A stretch of 61,982 nt of DNA, the filler included, from Squatina squatina (lineage: Eukaryota): the NCBI GenBank assembly GCA_031763465.1. It is 3 parts of 3 records of this genome, joined end to end, with 100 filler letters (N's around TTAATTAATTAA, not from the genome) between each part and the next. Parts side by side here need not be neighbours in the genome. Positions count along the whole stretch, not along the records: positions 1 to 17,006 come from JARFOE010000168.1; positions 17,107 to 45,620 come from JARFOE010000192.1; 1 more part is not named here. One strand, 5' to 3'. Shown here in pieces: positions 14,001 through 27,339 of this stretch; positions within the stretch are counted from its first letter, which is position 1; every line of letters begins with the position of its first letter. The notes beneath the pieces are model-generated. The model ran no database searches. It was not told the origin of the DNA and was given only the letters and a program-made list of their open reading frames with translations. The position numbers and the translations under genes are program-made.

Positions 14001-17000
14001 CTTTCTGTTTTATGTACTGTGTGATTGTCAAGATGTTGGCACTGGGGAATGGAATGCTATTCCATTCCAGGCACCCAGTGTCAACATCAAGCACTCCCAG
14101 GTCAGGTACTGCAAGGCTAGATGTGGAATTAAGCTCCCTCTACACTATCCCAGCAGAGTACCGCAGATCCGACCTTAGAACAGAACACTTACAGTATCAT
14201 TTCCATTTCCCAATCTAGTCATCCTGCTGCGTCTCTGAGTGAGGTTACCAATTTAGTGCCAGGTTAAGAGTAATTTTATGCTTTGGGCCCATGTCCAATG
14301 GGTTGAGACTGCCCAAACTCATTTCAAGCAGGACCCTTTCAGCGCCTCCTACTGCTCCAGTATCCCTGTGCATATAGAGTGGAGGCTGTTTTTTCTTTTT
14401 GGACCTAATTATTTGGTTATTTCCATCTCTACTTTTTTTAGGATTTCCCCATTCCCTGACTCAAGCCATTTATAACTTGCATCTGGCTATGCATACAGAT
14501 GTCGGTACAGATGTGACACAGACATGAGTTTGTCAAGGGAAAAAAGGCATGGATATTGATCTACGCACCAGTAAAAACTGGTACAGGGAGATTATTACAA
14601 CTATTGGCACAAGGAAGGGTACAGGAACAGGTACAGCCGCAGATACAGGTTGAGATGAAGAAGCCCATTTGATCTCCTCCTTCCAGAATACCAACCATAC
14701 TATCTTCCCACTGCAGCATTTGTCTGTTTCTTAAATGAGTCCAGTGTCCTGGCCTCAGCCACCTTTCCTAGCATCTGATTTCAGCTGCCAATCCCCATCA
14801 TGTCCTGGCCAATACTTGTCCCTCNNNNNNNNNNNNNNNNNNNNNNNNNNNNNNNNNNNNNNNNNNNNNNNNNNNNNNNNNNNNNNNNNNNNNNNNNNNN
14901 NNNNNNNNNNNNNNNNNNNNNNNNTGTCCCGCCTCCATTAAAACCGGAAGTGGGTAAGTTGGGGTCGGGATTCAGTTTATTAACTCTTTAACCTCCCACC
15001 CGACCCTAACCCACCCATTTTTTGGGGTTAAATTTCTCCCCAAAGACACCGGCAAAGTCATATAGTTACAGGGACAACTACAAATCCAGTCCCAGCCATC
15101 TCCCCACTCTCTCGCAGGGCTTACCTATTAATTGGAATTACTGTGGGCTGCCTTTTACACAGGTCACATGGATAAAACACACACTGCACATTCAGTAGAC
15201 ATTTTTCACATAATCCCATACAGTTTATCCTTGACACAAAGAGCGAACTATTTCAGGCTGCCATCTGTCCATCTAAAAGTGTTTTTATTCTATTTGGCAA
15301 CCAGAATAGCTCGAACATATTTGCAATATGATGAGATTGAAAGTGCGTGTATTTATGAAATTTTCAACATGTTTCTCATACATCCAGCCAAGCAGAGCTG
15401 TCAATCCAAACTTTCATGATTTGTCTACAAGCCTTTTACATTCGCATCGTGCTGCGTTACATAGCGGAGAGACCCATTTAAAATACATTAATGACTTTGT
15501 TTTCCATGTCTTGTTTGTTCCTTGTACGCTTTCTTGCAATCTGGGTTTTCTCTTCATCTGGGTAAAAATTCGCATTTNNNNNNNNNNNNNNNNNNNNNNN
15601 NNNNNNNNNNNNNNNNNNNNNNNNNNNNNNNNNNNNNNNNNNNNNNNNNNNNNNNNNNNNNNNNNNNNNNNNNNNNNATAAAATGTACAAGGCTATGGGG
15701 AAAGAGCAGAGGAGTGGGACTAATTGGATAGCGCACAGATATGATGGGCTGACTGGCATCCTACTGTGTTGTATCATTCTATGATTCTATGAAGTGAGGT
15801 TGTGGCAGCCCTGAACTCAACTCATTGTTGTTATAGGTGCACAGCAGAAAACCAACCAGAAATTGACATTGACTGGTAATTTCATTCAGAGAGGCTACAA
15901 AGGGGGTTAGTGTAGGAAATTGGCATCCTACAATAGTCCAATTGGGGCATATAATAAAGATTGAATCATTCTGATGTCTCAACACTCTCCATGCATTCAT
16001 CTATAAATACCACCTGGGAAATGGATTGAGGCTGCAGGCTCTTTCTATTTAGGACTGTCTTAAAGCCTTTAACACCATAATATGTCAAGTCCTAATGATT
16101 ATACTTAGTAGCTGCAGCAGTAGCATGGCTGACACTAAGTTGCTGGACTCACTCTCAAAGAAGACACATGGTCACTGCTGATGTAGGAAACCTTTCATAG
16201 GTGTCCCCAGCTACAAAGATTCAGCTCATTGGGTTAGTCTATGATGGGGCAAGCAAAAAGCCCATTTCTTACTCTTGAATGTTGATGAAGCTAGCTTACT
16301 CCATGCCAGGATCCACCCTTAGAAACACTAGAGATGTGTCGTTGGATTGTCAGTTGTTAACAAGATTGTGACTGGAACACCACCAGAACTGTGACTGGAG
16401 TTCAAACCAGATGGTCATGTTTTTACCAGGATCTCAAGAGCTGCATCTATTGCTCCTCAAACATATTTACCGGAAGAAGATCCACCAAGCCCGCACCATC
16501 CAGACAAGGTGCAGCCACATACATAATCATGTAATCTACTGGAAGAGGCAATAAATATCAGGAAAAATACTGAGAACTTCCCCCCTGACACCCTAAGACA
16601 ATCGTGCAAAGTTCCAAGAAACTCCGATAACCCATAAATCTTTCGATTCTCAGCTAAACTAAATTTAACACTATAACTGGAATTGTTCTCCTCTCAATAG
16701 AATTTGTCCACCACCCTTCTGAAGGACGGGAGGAAATCCATGCTCACCACATGGTAATCCACTTCAGAAGGAGTTGGCTCTCTGTGCAAAGAGATACTTT
16801 CTAAAATCTACCTAGTCCTTCGCTTAAGGATTTTATATACATGCCACCTAGTCTTACCATCCCCAGCCATCTCAATTAGCCTACCCAACTGACAGAATCT
16901 AATTATTATTCCTTAATTATTCTGTAATTTAAGAGGGAGGGTTGAGGGTTAGGCAAGTGTTGCACATCTCCTCAGACCAAGAAGCTCGTGAGATCAACTA

Positions 17001-17006
17001 ATAAAG

Positions 17007-17106
17007 NNNNNNNNNNNNNNNNNNNNNNNNNNNNNNNNNNNNNNNNNNNNTTAATTAATTAANNNNNNNNNNNNNNNNNNNNNNNNNNNNNNNNNNNNNN
17101 NNNNNN
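17007..17106. other. Artificial scaffold spacer N44-TTAATTAATTAA-N44
   Basis: Exactly 44 N, a 12-mer palindrome with stops in all six frames, then 44 N; identical at 45621-45720. Confidence 0.95.
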
Positions 17107-17475
17107 CGACCGATGAAGCCCAATAGCACTACAATGAACACCATATGACCACCAGATGCGTGATGGAATAAGCCATGCTGAAGATGCGCTTCAGGTGGCC
17201 TAGACAGATCTGGAGGCTCCCTTCAGTCCACACCAGCCAGGGTGTCCAGAATGATCGTAATGTGCTGCGTTCTGCATTGCGCCAGCAGTGAGGTTTGGGC
17301 CTGCAGGAGGAACAAGGCACAGAGCACAGATTGTCTGCAGACAATTCCGAGGAGAAGGAGGAAAACGAGGAAGACAAGGAGGAGGAAAGTGGTGAGGGCA
17401 ATGCAGCACCAGCTGCTCACATTGCCGCCTCAGATACCAGGGATACACTTATTATTGCAAGATTTACTTGCACCG
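17107..17475 (+). mobile_element. PIF/Harbinger DDE transposase C-terminal fragment (pseudogenised)
   Basis: HYNEHHMTTRCVME*AMLKMRFR / LDRSGGSLQSTPARVSRMIVMCCVLH followed by an acidic tail; HARBI1-like motifs with stops and frameshifts. Confidence 0.8.
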
Positions 17476-17699
17476 ATGTCCCCCCAAATGCCACTGACAC
17501 AAAACAGTACCTCAAACAACCTGCCATCTCTTGCACATCCCCCATTGGTCCCTATCAATTCATGTCTTCCCATTCATCGTCAAGCAAGATAAAAGGCCAC
17601 TTGCCATCCAGCAACTAAGAATGAACACAAGGAAAGTGGTGCAAGCTAATAAAATTTATGTGACTCTACTAAAGAATGTAAACTTCACAATATATTTCC

Positions 17700-18200
17700 G
17701 GTACACTCGTGTGCATACCCTACAAAACTACAATGGTGGTACTACTGAGATTTTTTGGTGGTGGCGATTGAAGTCCATATCAAGAATGCATTCTGGCCCT
17801 GGTTTCCCTTGAAACTTCCTCTGAGTGAGGTTCAATATGGAGGAGTATTGATTCATCAGTTGAGGAGGATGGTGAACGATGATGAGCAAGTTTATTTGAG
17901 CTGAAATCATGATCGTATGTTAAGGACTTGCAGGCTCACTTCCACCTGATTGTATATCACTGTGCCCGCCCTGTAAGATGGATCCATCCTGCCAGGGAGG
18001 AACAGAACATACCTGGTGTAAATCTAGGGTGTTGGCTGACAGACCGGATTCTGTAAGTATGATTATTTCAAGCTGATGGTTAAATAGTTTGCGGGATAGC
18101 TTTCCCAACTTGGGCTCTGGTCCTGAGATGCTAGTGAAGAAGGCTTTACAGTGTCAACTGGGCTGCGATCTGCCTTAGTCTTAGACTAATATCATGCCTT
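17700..18200 (-). mobile_element. CR1-clade LINE endonuclease fragment
   Basis: LGKLSRKLFNHQLEIIILTES resembles the APE motif xDIVILTES. Confidence 0.5.
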
Positions 18201-18209
18201 GGACGGACA

Positions 18210-18401
18210 TCAATTGCTGTTTGCGGAAGAGAGTTCCAAACTTCTACCACCGTTGTATGTAGAAGTGTTTCCTGATTTCACTCCTGAAAGGTCTGGCTCT
18301 AATTTGTAGACTATGCTCTCTAGTCCTAGCATCCCCAACCAGCAGAAATGGTTCCTCTCTGTCTACTCTATCTGTCCCCCTTAATATCTTAAAAACTTTG
18401 A
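18210..18401 (-). mobile_element. CR1 LINE 3' fragment
   Basis: Similar to 37420-37610 (gagagttccaaa...gaaaggtctggctctaattt). Confidence 0.65.
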
Positions 18402-18748
18402 NNNNNNNNNNNNNNNNNNNNNNNNNNNNNNNNNNNNNNNNNNNNNNNNNNNNNNNNNNNNNNNNNNNNNNNNNNNNNNNNNNNNNNNNNNNNNNNNNNN
18501 NGTTGATGCTTCACACGTGCCTCGTCCGATCCCTACTTCAGCTCACCCTATTAGCATATCCTTACTCCCGCATGTGTTTATCTAGCTGCCCCTTAAATGC
18601 AGCTTGGGAATATTTGGGTTAAGTTCTAAAAAATCACTTTTGAAACACACTCTCTCCCACCCTGTGCACTTTCAATGTCACCATTGTAACCTTTCAGACA
18701 CACGGATGGAAATGAAGTCAGCTCAAAGCAGACCTCTGGTTTGCTCAC

Positions 18749-19109
18749 CTGTAAGAAGTAGGAGTGGAGTGGGTTTTCCTTATTGTCTTCATTGTAGTAG
18801 AGACCACCAACTACAAAGATCTGGTTTTGCTTCGTCACCAGGCTGGCGTGGTTTTTGGGAATCTTACTGGAAACGGAGGCAAAGTAGCACTCATTGGTTG
18901 TGGGGTCATAGGCCACAGTGGCCTCTTCGTTGATCATGAAGATCAGGTCTTTCACGAACATGCCAAACCGCAGGTTTTCATTCAAGATGGCCGGGGCCAG
19001 CTCTTCCCCCTCCTTCGCAGCTTCCCCGCTAGTTGCGTCCCCTCCATCTTTCGTCCCTGCGTCTGACTTCTCTTTCTTGGTCTTTGCAGGGGGCTGCTTG
19101 CCCTCCTGG
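18749..19109 (-). CDS. KLHL40: Kelch-like protein 40, 3' part of large first coding exon (5' part lost in gap)
   Basis: PAILNENLRFGMFVKDLIFMINEEATVAYDPTTNECYFASVSSKIPKNHASLVTKQNQIFVVGGLYYNEDNKENPLHSYFLQ ending at a CAG|gtgag donor; matches KLHL40/41, and the neighbouring HHATL favours KLHL40. Confidence 0.88.
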
Positions 19110-19568
19110 NNNNNNNNNNANNNNNNNNNNNNNNNNNNNNNNNNNNNNNNNNNNNNNNNNNNNNNNNNNNNNNNNNNNNNNNNNNNNNNNNNNNNNNNNN
19201 NNNNNNNNNNNNNNNNNNNNCAAATAACTGAAAGATCTGCCTCTAATAAAGAGCACTGTGGATAGGGAAGGGTGAATGCACCGGAAGCCAGATACAGATG
19301 ACCGTGCATCATGGGCTGGAATTAAGTTACTGAAATAGGGTAGGGCAGTGCCTTGGAGGGATTTGTTAACAAAAACAAGAATGTTGAATTGGTGGTGAAA
19401 ATGGAGCCCGTGGAAGTCAGCAAGGACAAGGGTAATGCATGAGCATAACTTAGTGCGGGAAAGGATGCAGGTGATGGAGTTTTGGGTGAGAGGAGTTTGT
19501 ATAAGATGGAGCATGGGAGGCCGGTGAGGAGGGCAAAGGAGAAGCCGGTGTTCTATCTGGTGACCTAC

Positions 19569-19740
19569 CCAATGCCCAGTCGGAAAGGCGTGCCACCAGC
19601 TTCAGGTCTGAAGGTATGGTCAGAATGTAGAGGTAATGGAAGAAGACATCCACGATGATTATTACAGCAAGGTGCGCTAAAGCATACTTCCTGATGTTCC
19701 ACATCTCATTGTCTTTCCGAGTGAACTTCGGTTGGTTTAT
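19569..19740 (-). CDS. HHATL: Hedgehog acyltransferase-like (MBOAT) internal exon
   Basis: cag|INQPKFTRKDNEMWNIRKYALAHLAVIIIVDVFFHYLYILTIPSDLKLVARLSDWAL G|gtaggt; the FFH.YILTIPSDLK motif is HHATL-typical; in frame with exon 20407-20616. Confidence 0.9.
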
Positions 19741-20406
19741 CTGTGAGACACGAGACTCAGAATAAAAGAACTTCAGGAAACAGGAAACGTCATTAGAGGT
19801 CAACAAGCCCAAACCCTTTTGATCGATCTTAACTCTCATCCACCCACCTTTGCACCATAGTCTCGATTTTACAATGAGGTACAATCTGAGGCGGACATGC
19901 TCGTGGCATGGGACGTTAGACCCACGTTCTGAGATATTAGTTCCGTNNNNNNNNNNNNNNNNNNNNNNNNNNNNNNNNNNNNNNNNNNNNNNNNNNNNNN
20001 NNNNNNNNNNNNNNNNNNNNNNNNNNNNNNNNNNNNNNNNNNNNNNNNNNNNNNNNNNNNNNNNNNNNNNNNNNNNNNNNNNNNNNNNNNNNNNNNNNNN
20101 NNNNNNNNNNNNNNNNNNNNNNNNNNNNNNNNNNNNNNNNNNNNNNNNNNNNNNNNNNNNNNNNNNNNNNNNNNNNNNNNNNNNNNNNNNNNNNNNNNNN
20201 NNNNCAACATTACTAGATTATCTGGCCATTATCACATTGCTGTTTGTGGGACCAACCTGTGTCGCGTTTCCTACATTACAACAGTGACAAAATTTCAGAA
20301 GAACTTCACTGGACGTAAAGTGTTTTTTGGACGTCCTGAGGTGGTGAAAGGAGCTATATAAATGCAAGTCTTGCTTTAATCACCAAGGCGTTGTTTTAAA
20401 GCTTAC

Positions 20407-20616
20407 CTGAGCGTAGAACTGATCAAACGTCATCACAGGTCCAAAGAAGAAGAAAGGGAGGTAGAAATTGTATATGAGCAGGTCCAGGATCGAGTAGTTG
20501 CCATCTTTCCTCTCGGCATTTTCCAACGCGAAGCTCATGCATCGCATGATGGTGAAGCCGCTTCCTCCGTAAAACAGGACATCCTGGAGCTGGAAGGTGC
20601 CCGTCACAAACCCGGT
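20407..20616 (-). CDS. HHATL: Hedgehog acyltransferase-like (MBOAT) internal exon
   Basis: cag|[32 protein letters not shown]...[22 protein letters not shown]|gtaagc, 210 bp with canonical splice sites. Confidence 0.92.
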
Positions 20617-21057
20617 CTGGGACGAAACGGACCAGATACAAGAGTTCAGACAGAGCAAGTTTAGGTCCGTGTAAAACTATAACATTTCAGGACCAATTTC
20701 ACTCCGAGGGGCGCTAACGGGGTGAAAACAAAAAAAAAAAGTCGGGAGNNNNNNNNNNNNNNNNNNNNNNNNNNNNNNNNNNNNNNNNNNNNNNNNNNNN
20801 NNNNNNNNNNNNNNNNNNNNNNNNNNNNNNNNNNNNNNNNNNNNNNNNGGCTTCTGACTTATAAAAGGCATGAGTGAAGCCAAATGACTGTCCGATAATC
20901 ACCCAATTAGCCCAATGTCTAGTTTGTAATAGGCTGGTGCGATACTGAATTGTCTTTTTCTCTTTTGACCAGGTCTGTTCTCCAAATGCCAGAGCATTAT
21001 TTTGGATACCTCTTCAACACTAAATCAAGGAATGTTTCTTCAGCTGATGTAGCCGAT

Positions 21058-21214
21058 TTAATTTTTTTCTTTGTGCTGTCGAAGAGCCTGTAGAAAGACC
21101 TGCTTCACTTGACCCATCGTGTCATGATACAATTTCAGGTCTTCTTCTTTGGCTTTTAAAGTGCTTTGCAAAGCCGCCTTTAAGGCGTCATTCTCATCCA
21201 TCTGTATGGCAAGT
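21058..21214 (-). CDS. CCDC13: Coiled-coil domain-containing 13, terminal coding exon
   Basis: Not in the ORF track. tttcag|(R)LAIQMDENDALKAALQSTLKAKEEDLKLYHDTMGQVKQVFLQALRQHKEKN*, matching the CCDC13 C-terminus. Confidence 0.9.
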
Positions 21215-22108
21215 CTGAAATCAGAAAGAAACCACAGCTTTACATTCGGATCAATCCACCAACCGAAACTGAGAACTTGAATGGAAAAACATTTGCAGGG
21301 CTATGGGGAAAGAGCAGGAGAGTAGGACTAACTGGATAGCTCTACCAAAGAAACTGCACAGGCATGATGGGCCGAATGGCCTCCTTCTGTGGTGTATCGT
21401 TCTAAGNNNNNNNNNNNNNNNNNNNNNNNNNNNNNNNNNNNNNNNNNNNNNNNNNNNNNNNNNNNNNNNNNNNNNNNNNNNNNNNNNNNNNNNNNNNNNN
21501 NNNNNNCGGGGTGGACTTTCCTGCTGTGGGCCCTAACCCAACCCAACCCATTGTCCTGGGTCGGAGGCTCAGTCGTTATGCAGCCGGGCTCCCAGTGAGA
21601 TTCCCGCTGCCGTGAGGGAGCCTGCTAGTGCTGCTGCGGGAACATTGTCCTCAGTGTCTGGGGGTTACTGGACGATTCATTGGAGGTCGAGGTGGCTGCT
21701 ACAAGGCCCTCTCCCTACACTGGGAGGCTGCGGTAAGTTGAGAGAATTGTATGGAAATCCTCTGGGGACCTGGGCCCTGTCCTGACTCCCTCGCTGCTAT
21801 TTGCACGCAGCATTTTCCTGGTCGGCGGCTCATTCGATATGCAGCCGGGCTCCCAGTGAGGAAGGAGCTGATTTGGGGCTTGATAACTGGGAATAATCCA
21901 TAGATTCTGGATGAATAGGACCTCTTGAAGTCTGGCCCATGTTCTAATCAGACACTAAATATAATCAGTAGTCTTTGAATTGAAAATGTCTTCAATGTTG
22001 GAAGGACTGAAGGCTTATTTCAAGCCAATCACAGGCAGGTTCTATATAAGGTTTAAGACCATGGAGACAGCATCAAGTTACTGTGATGATCAAGCCCTAT
22101 TTGCGTAC

Positions 22109-22315
22109 TTTTAGTAACAGTTGCTTGACCTCTTCCTCAAGATCTTTCACTTTGGCTTCCCGCTCAGTCACCATCTGCTTCAGCTCTTTAATCAGGAAGT
22201 CCTGTTTCTGGGCGTCGCTGTTCAGCTGCTGGCTCAGATTGTGCTTGTTCTCCTGGTTCTTTGATTCGTGTTGACCCAAGCGGCCCACAATCTCCTGCAA
22301 TTGCTTCTGCTGTTT
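22109..22315 (-). CDS. CCDC13: CCDC13 internal exon
   Basis: tag|KQQKQLQEIVGRL...LSQQLNSDAQKQDFLIKELKQMVTEREAKVKDLEEEVKQLLLK|gtacgc, 207 bp, phase 0. Confidence 0.88.
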
Positions 22316-23020
22316 CTATAAAAGATCCGTGGTATAGGGAAGACTCAGAGTTTAATTGCAAACTTTTTGTTCTCTTTACCCATTGCAATCAAACTTTAAA
22401 GGGTTGATTTTAACAGTCCTGCCCGTTGGGAACAGTGTGCGTGTGGGGAGAGGGGCGGGGGATCCACACCTCACGCCGACGCTCATCATTTTTACTTGCC
22501 CGCCTTCAGCCATGGGGATGCCACCCACCCCTGAGGAGCGGGGGCCTATTTTAAATGGCAGTCGTATATTGATGACATTATTGGAACATGCATGCCATTT
22601 TTACCATGGCCTGACTATGGCCCATACGGTCTCAGTCCCGTCAGCAAGAGCCACCAGTGCAGTCACTGTTATTAATACAGCAAATTCTGGGCCATTGGCC
22701 TCCGATGGTAGAGTGGAAGAAGTGGTAGACAAGCAGCGTTAGAGGAATGGATGGCATGGATTGAGGCTTATGGTTGAAGAAGGACCGGTGGGAGGATTTG
22801 AAAGTGAGGATGGAGTATCCTGAAAAAAAATCAATTTGCTGGGGCACAATCAATATGATTATAAAAACATGCACCTCTCAAAAATCCATTGGAGGTCAAA
22901 CTGGAAGCTGCTTGTAGATTTTACATCGTTAGATGTCTTATTCTATTTTAAAACAGGCATTTGATGCAGTTTGTCTTTTTTTTTTAAATTCGACCTGTCT
23001 CCCTTCCCAGCTCCACATTA

Positions 23021-23201
23021 CACTGGGACCCCGCTATAGTTGGGCTCGCTATAGCGCAAAACCCGGTATAGCACGTGTCCGTCTTGGACCCCAAAAAGTT
23101 GCATACAGCTGAAAAACCCCGATAAAATATTTGACATATTCAGAGAATTGTGGATTTTTTGAATAATTGACTATGTACCACACTGAAAAATTGAGCATAG
23201 C
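23021..23201. mobile_element. Tc1/mariner (Tigger/pogo-like) terminal fragment
   Basis: TA followed by cactgggaccccgctatag..gctatagcgc..gtatagcacg..ttggacccc, a Tigger-like TIR architecture; the other end is not seen. Confidence 0.45.
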
Positions 23202-23301
23202 NNNNNNNNNNNNNNNNNNNNNNNNNNNNNNNNNNNNNNNNNNNNNNNNNNNNNNNNNNNNNNNNNNNNNNNNNNNNNNNNNNNNNNNNNNNNNNNNNNN
23301 N

Positions 23302-23750
23302 AGGCACTGGTCATGCTCAACCAGCTGCGTTGGGCAGATCACATCGTCCGCATGCCTGGTTCAAAACTCCCGAAACAAGCACTATATTCCGAGCTTCGTC
23401 ACGGCAGGCGACTTCCAGGAGGGCAGAGGAAACATTTCAAGGACGTCCTCATAGCCTCCCTGACAAAATGCAACATCCCCACTGACTCATGGGAATCTCT
23501 GGCCCAAGACTCCCTGAACTGGAGGAGAAGCATCCGTGAAGGCACCAACTGCTTCGAGCTTCTCCAGTGGGAGCACGTGGAGGCCAAGTGCAGAAGGAGA
23601 ACAACACGGAAACACAACCATCCCATCCACTCGCCCCATCAAACACCACCTGCCCCACCTGTGGTCGAGTTTGCAGATCCCGTATTGAACTTTTCAGTCG
23701 CCTCAGAACCTACAACTCCGGAGTGGAAGCAAGTCATCCTTGCCTAAGAA
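23302..23750 (+). mobile_element. RTE-clade LINE 3' end
   Basis: QLRWADHIVRMPGSKLPKQALYSEL..GRRLPGGQRKHFKD..WESLAQD..WRRSIREG, then a CPTCGRVCRSRI.L zinc-knuckle-like tail. Confidence 0.88.
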
Positions 23751-23754
23751 GGAG

Positions 23755-24865
23755 GGAAGCCAGTCAGAGTGGCAAAGACGAGTGCCTGCTCAGTAACATT
23801 GGCTTCATCAGTGGCAAAGTTGATACAATTGTCTGACTAGTCAAACAGGGTAACGGTGACCTGTGTGATGATTCTGTGGACAGCTGCTACAAATGTCTGC
23901 TGCAGATCCCTGGAAAGAGCTTGAGGTGAAGAAGTTGACGGCGCTGGTGACTTTGACAACCACTGGTGAGGTGTGTTCACCTGTTCCTCTGGGCTGCAGG
24001 TCTTGCTCCAGCAATGTGCAAATGTCTGCAACAACCGGGCGCGATAGCCTGAGCCTCCTTTGGTCCTGCTGCTCAGTCATGTTGAGGAAGATCACCCTCT
24101 GCCTGTATATCCTATGTTGGGGGTATCGCCTCTGGTACAGTGCAGCCCTGTGCTGATGCCCTCTGTCCCGTGCAGCATCAGGTGGTTCAGGAGAACGTTG
24201 TTGATGTTGCTGCTGCCATTGTTGTTGTTGCTGCTGGTGTGCCTGGTGCTGCTGGTATTCGGGCTAATCGTGGTCCGATTCTGAGGACCAAGGTCAGGCA
24301 CTATAAATGGCACCCATCCTGATGGAATAGATGGCAGGTAAAGTAGGGATGACCAAAGCGAACTGTCAATGACGTGATCGGTTCTACCAATGAGGTGTCA
24401 CTGGATGGTCACTTTGCTGGAACCACTTGCAGTTTCTAGAAAGCTAAATCTGTGCTGGCAATGCCGTCAGAAATAGCTTCTGCCTGAGGAAAGTGATGAG
24501 CTGTGAGGTGGGAGTTTTTATTGTACTTTCCATGCTGTGCACTAATCAGCTGGATCAATGGCCGCTCAACTTCTGTCTCAGGCGGACAGACATGGTTCCT
24601 GAGCTGCTTGATTCCCGTGGTCAGCCAGTGAGATTTCTACAGTAAGACTAAAAAGCCTCTGAAGGGTCGAAGAAGTACCTAATGATATAAATTTGCTCGC
24701 CCGTCTCTGCCATTTGGGTCACTGCCCCACCGGCAAACACGCCTGAGGGAAAGGCACGTGGGGGTGGGATGATGGCGGGTTCCTGACCCGCTTGTAGAGA
24801 TATTTCAAATTTCCCATCTGACCCGACTCAGTTTGTGCACGCACGGACCCCAGGAAATTCCAGCC
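23755..24865 (-). mobile_element. PIF/Harbinger element 5' part with N-terminal transposase fragment
   Basis: [27 protein letters not shown]...[23 protein letters not shown] / [13 protein letters not shown]; TIR-like end gaaattccagcc near 24865. Confidence 0.75.
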
Positions 24866-24965
24866 AATGTCTCTGAACCAGTAAAAACTCACCATCGATT
24901 GTGTCCCTTCTACACTTGGATTTCTCCTTCAGGCTTTGACTTTTCATCCTTCCCTCTCTCCTCAT

Positions 24966-25111
24966 TGGCTAAGGGACAGGAAGCAGAGAGTAGTGGTGAT
25001 CAGTTGTTTCTCAGAGTGGAGGGAAGTATACAGTGGTGTCCCCAGGGATCGGTGGTAGGATCACTGCTCTTTCTGATACATATTAATGACCTGGACTTGG
25101 GTCTAAAGGGC
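24966..25111 (+). mobile_element. CR1 reverse transcriptase fragment
   Basis: WLRDRKQRVV...PQGSVVGSLLFLIHINDLDLG. Confidence 0.75.
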
Positions 25112-25374
25112 NNNNNNNNNNNNNNNNNNNNNNNNNNNNNNNNNNNNNNNNNNNNNNNNNNNNNNNNNNNNNNNNNNNNNNNNNNNNNNNNNNNNNNNNN
25201 NNNNNNNNNNNGTAAACACAATTTGATGTTGACCAGGACACAGAGAGATAAGTGCCAGTTTCATTTATGTTAGTCAAATTAATCACACCAAACCAGAGTT
25301 GTTTTCAAGAAATTTCTTTGAAGTACTATGTTCCCCTGCCCTCTATTTTATTTTAAGTAAATAAGATTTCTTAC

Positions 25375-25551
25375 CAGTAATGCATCAACTAGCTCATCAT
25401 CGTGCTTCCCTTTTTCGAGAAGTGTCACCACTTGATTTTTCAAAGTCTTCAGCTCGTTGGACAGAATTCTGTTCCTGGCTTTTGATCCATCAAGTTTGTC
25501 CTTGAGTTCTTCATGATCTTTTTTCAGCTTCTCATAGTCACCGGTCATTTT
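25375..25551 (-). CDS. CCDC13: CCDC13 internal exon
   Basis: ttag|KMTGDYEKLKKDHEELKDKLDGSKARNRILSNELKTLKNQVVTLLEKGKHDDELVDALL|gtaaga, 177 bp; splices in frame to 22315. Confidence 0.9.
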
Positions 25552-26959
25552 CTAAGTAAATACACAAGCAAGTGCACCTTGTAAATATAACAGGACTTGA
25601 ATTTAAATTACTATTGGTGTGACAAGCTTTTATCATTAGGTAGTAGATCATCTTACATTGCTTGGGCTAGTATTGCCATCACCTCTCGCAGACGTTGCTC
25701 TATCCTACAAAGATGTTTGAGTGCCCTGACATACTGCCACATCCTCTTTTATTCTCTCTCTCTTTCCCCTGTCTACCGCCTTTCACTTGAATAACCATCA
25801 TCATATATCGAGAAGCTTTATCTTTCCTTCTCCCTACACTTTTTTGATTCCTCAGCTCTGCATCCAATTCTTTTCCCTTTGTCATGCTCTTCCATGTTGA
25901 AAACAACACTCATCACACCTTATCCTAATCTATTTCTAATTCAAAGATATTTGTAGAACCTGCTTTGTCCCTTTTTCTGACGTAGCTCCCATTTTGTAAT
26001 CTAGCCCCACCCACTAATTAAATTATTAACTCACTAATTTACAGCCCACGGGTTTTTAAGTTACCAGATTGTCACTTGTCCACCTTTTTCCTAGTTACTG
26101 GTTAACCTTGCTGTTCTGCAATACTGGCGTCAGCGCTTCAACTAGGCTTCTTGGNNNNNNNNNNNNNNNNNNNNNNNNNNNNNNNNNNNNNNNNNNNNNN
26201 NNNNNNNNNNNNNNNNNNNNNNNNNNNNNNNNNNNNNNNNNNNNNNNNNNNNNNTTATCCTTAACCAGTCCACAGACACACAGATGGAATGCACCACCAG
26301 GTTTAGTGATTGAAGCAGAGATCATGTTAACATTTAAGAATAGTTTAGATAGAAGGGTGATGGGAGGGGCAGGGGAGTAAAAAGAATATTGAAACATTGT
26401 ACGTGGGATTAGGATTACTGTTGACATGGAGGCTAAATTCTACATTGATTGGACTGAATGGCATGTTTGTGTTGTAATTTCTACACAATCTAGAAATTAA
26501 CAAAAAATCCAGAGCTCCAAAAAATGTAATCCAAAATATTAAAGTACAGCTACTTTCCTAACTTATGCTTTTACACAGACGTAGAATCATTATAAAGTGA
26601 CAAGTACAGAAATATTCTGAAATAAAATTGAAAATGTAAATCAAGTGTGTTTAAAGCAAAGGTCAATCCAATCTATGCTGAGTTAGCAGATTCAAGTTTA
26701 GGTGGTGGTAGGCACACAATTGGCCTAGGCTGGACAAGGGGTGGGCTAGAGGGGAACATGCAGGAATACTAGGCTTGAGGGTCAAGCTCTCCTTTCCCTA
26801 CTCACATAACCTAACAGTCTAGACTCAAGACACAGAAGAACGGCCAGTGCCTGTAGAACCAAATTCCAGCCATCGGTCTGCACCTTCAGAAGAATGAAAG
26901 ATGAGTGTTGCACTTTTGCATAACTGGTGTTGGATATTTATGCAGCAGAGACACAATCA

Positions 26960-27208
<249 letters not shown>

Positions 27209-27339
27209 TTACTATTTTTCCTGGAGTGAAGAATATTTTTTATTCAGAATATCATCAAATACATATTTTTAAAACAATCATGGAACTCTGCAAGCCAGTT
27301 CCTGTAATGCTTTGCACATTGGGTGGGAAAGAGAAGTTG

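Noticed and set aside
17107-17618. Domesticated HARBI1 gene
   Set aside because: Contains stops and frameshifts; a decayed transposon copy.
25655-25910. Possible additional CCDC13 exon
   Set aside because: No frame matches the expected upstream CCDC13 sequence, and stops interrupt the candidates.
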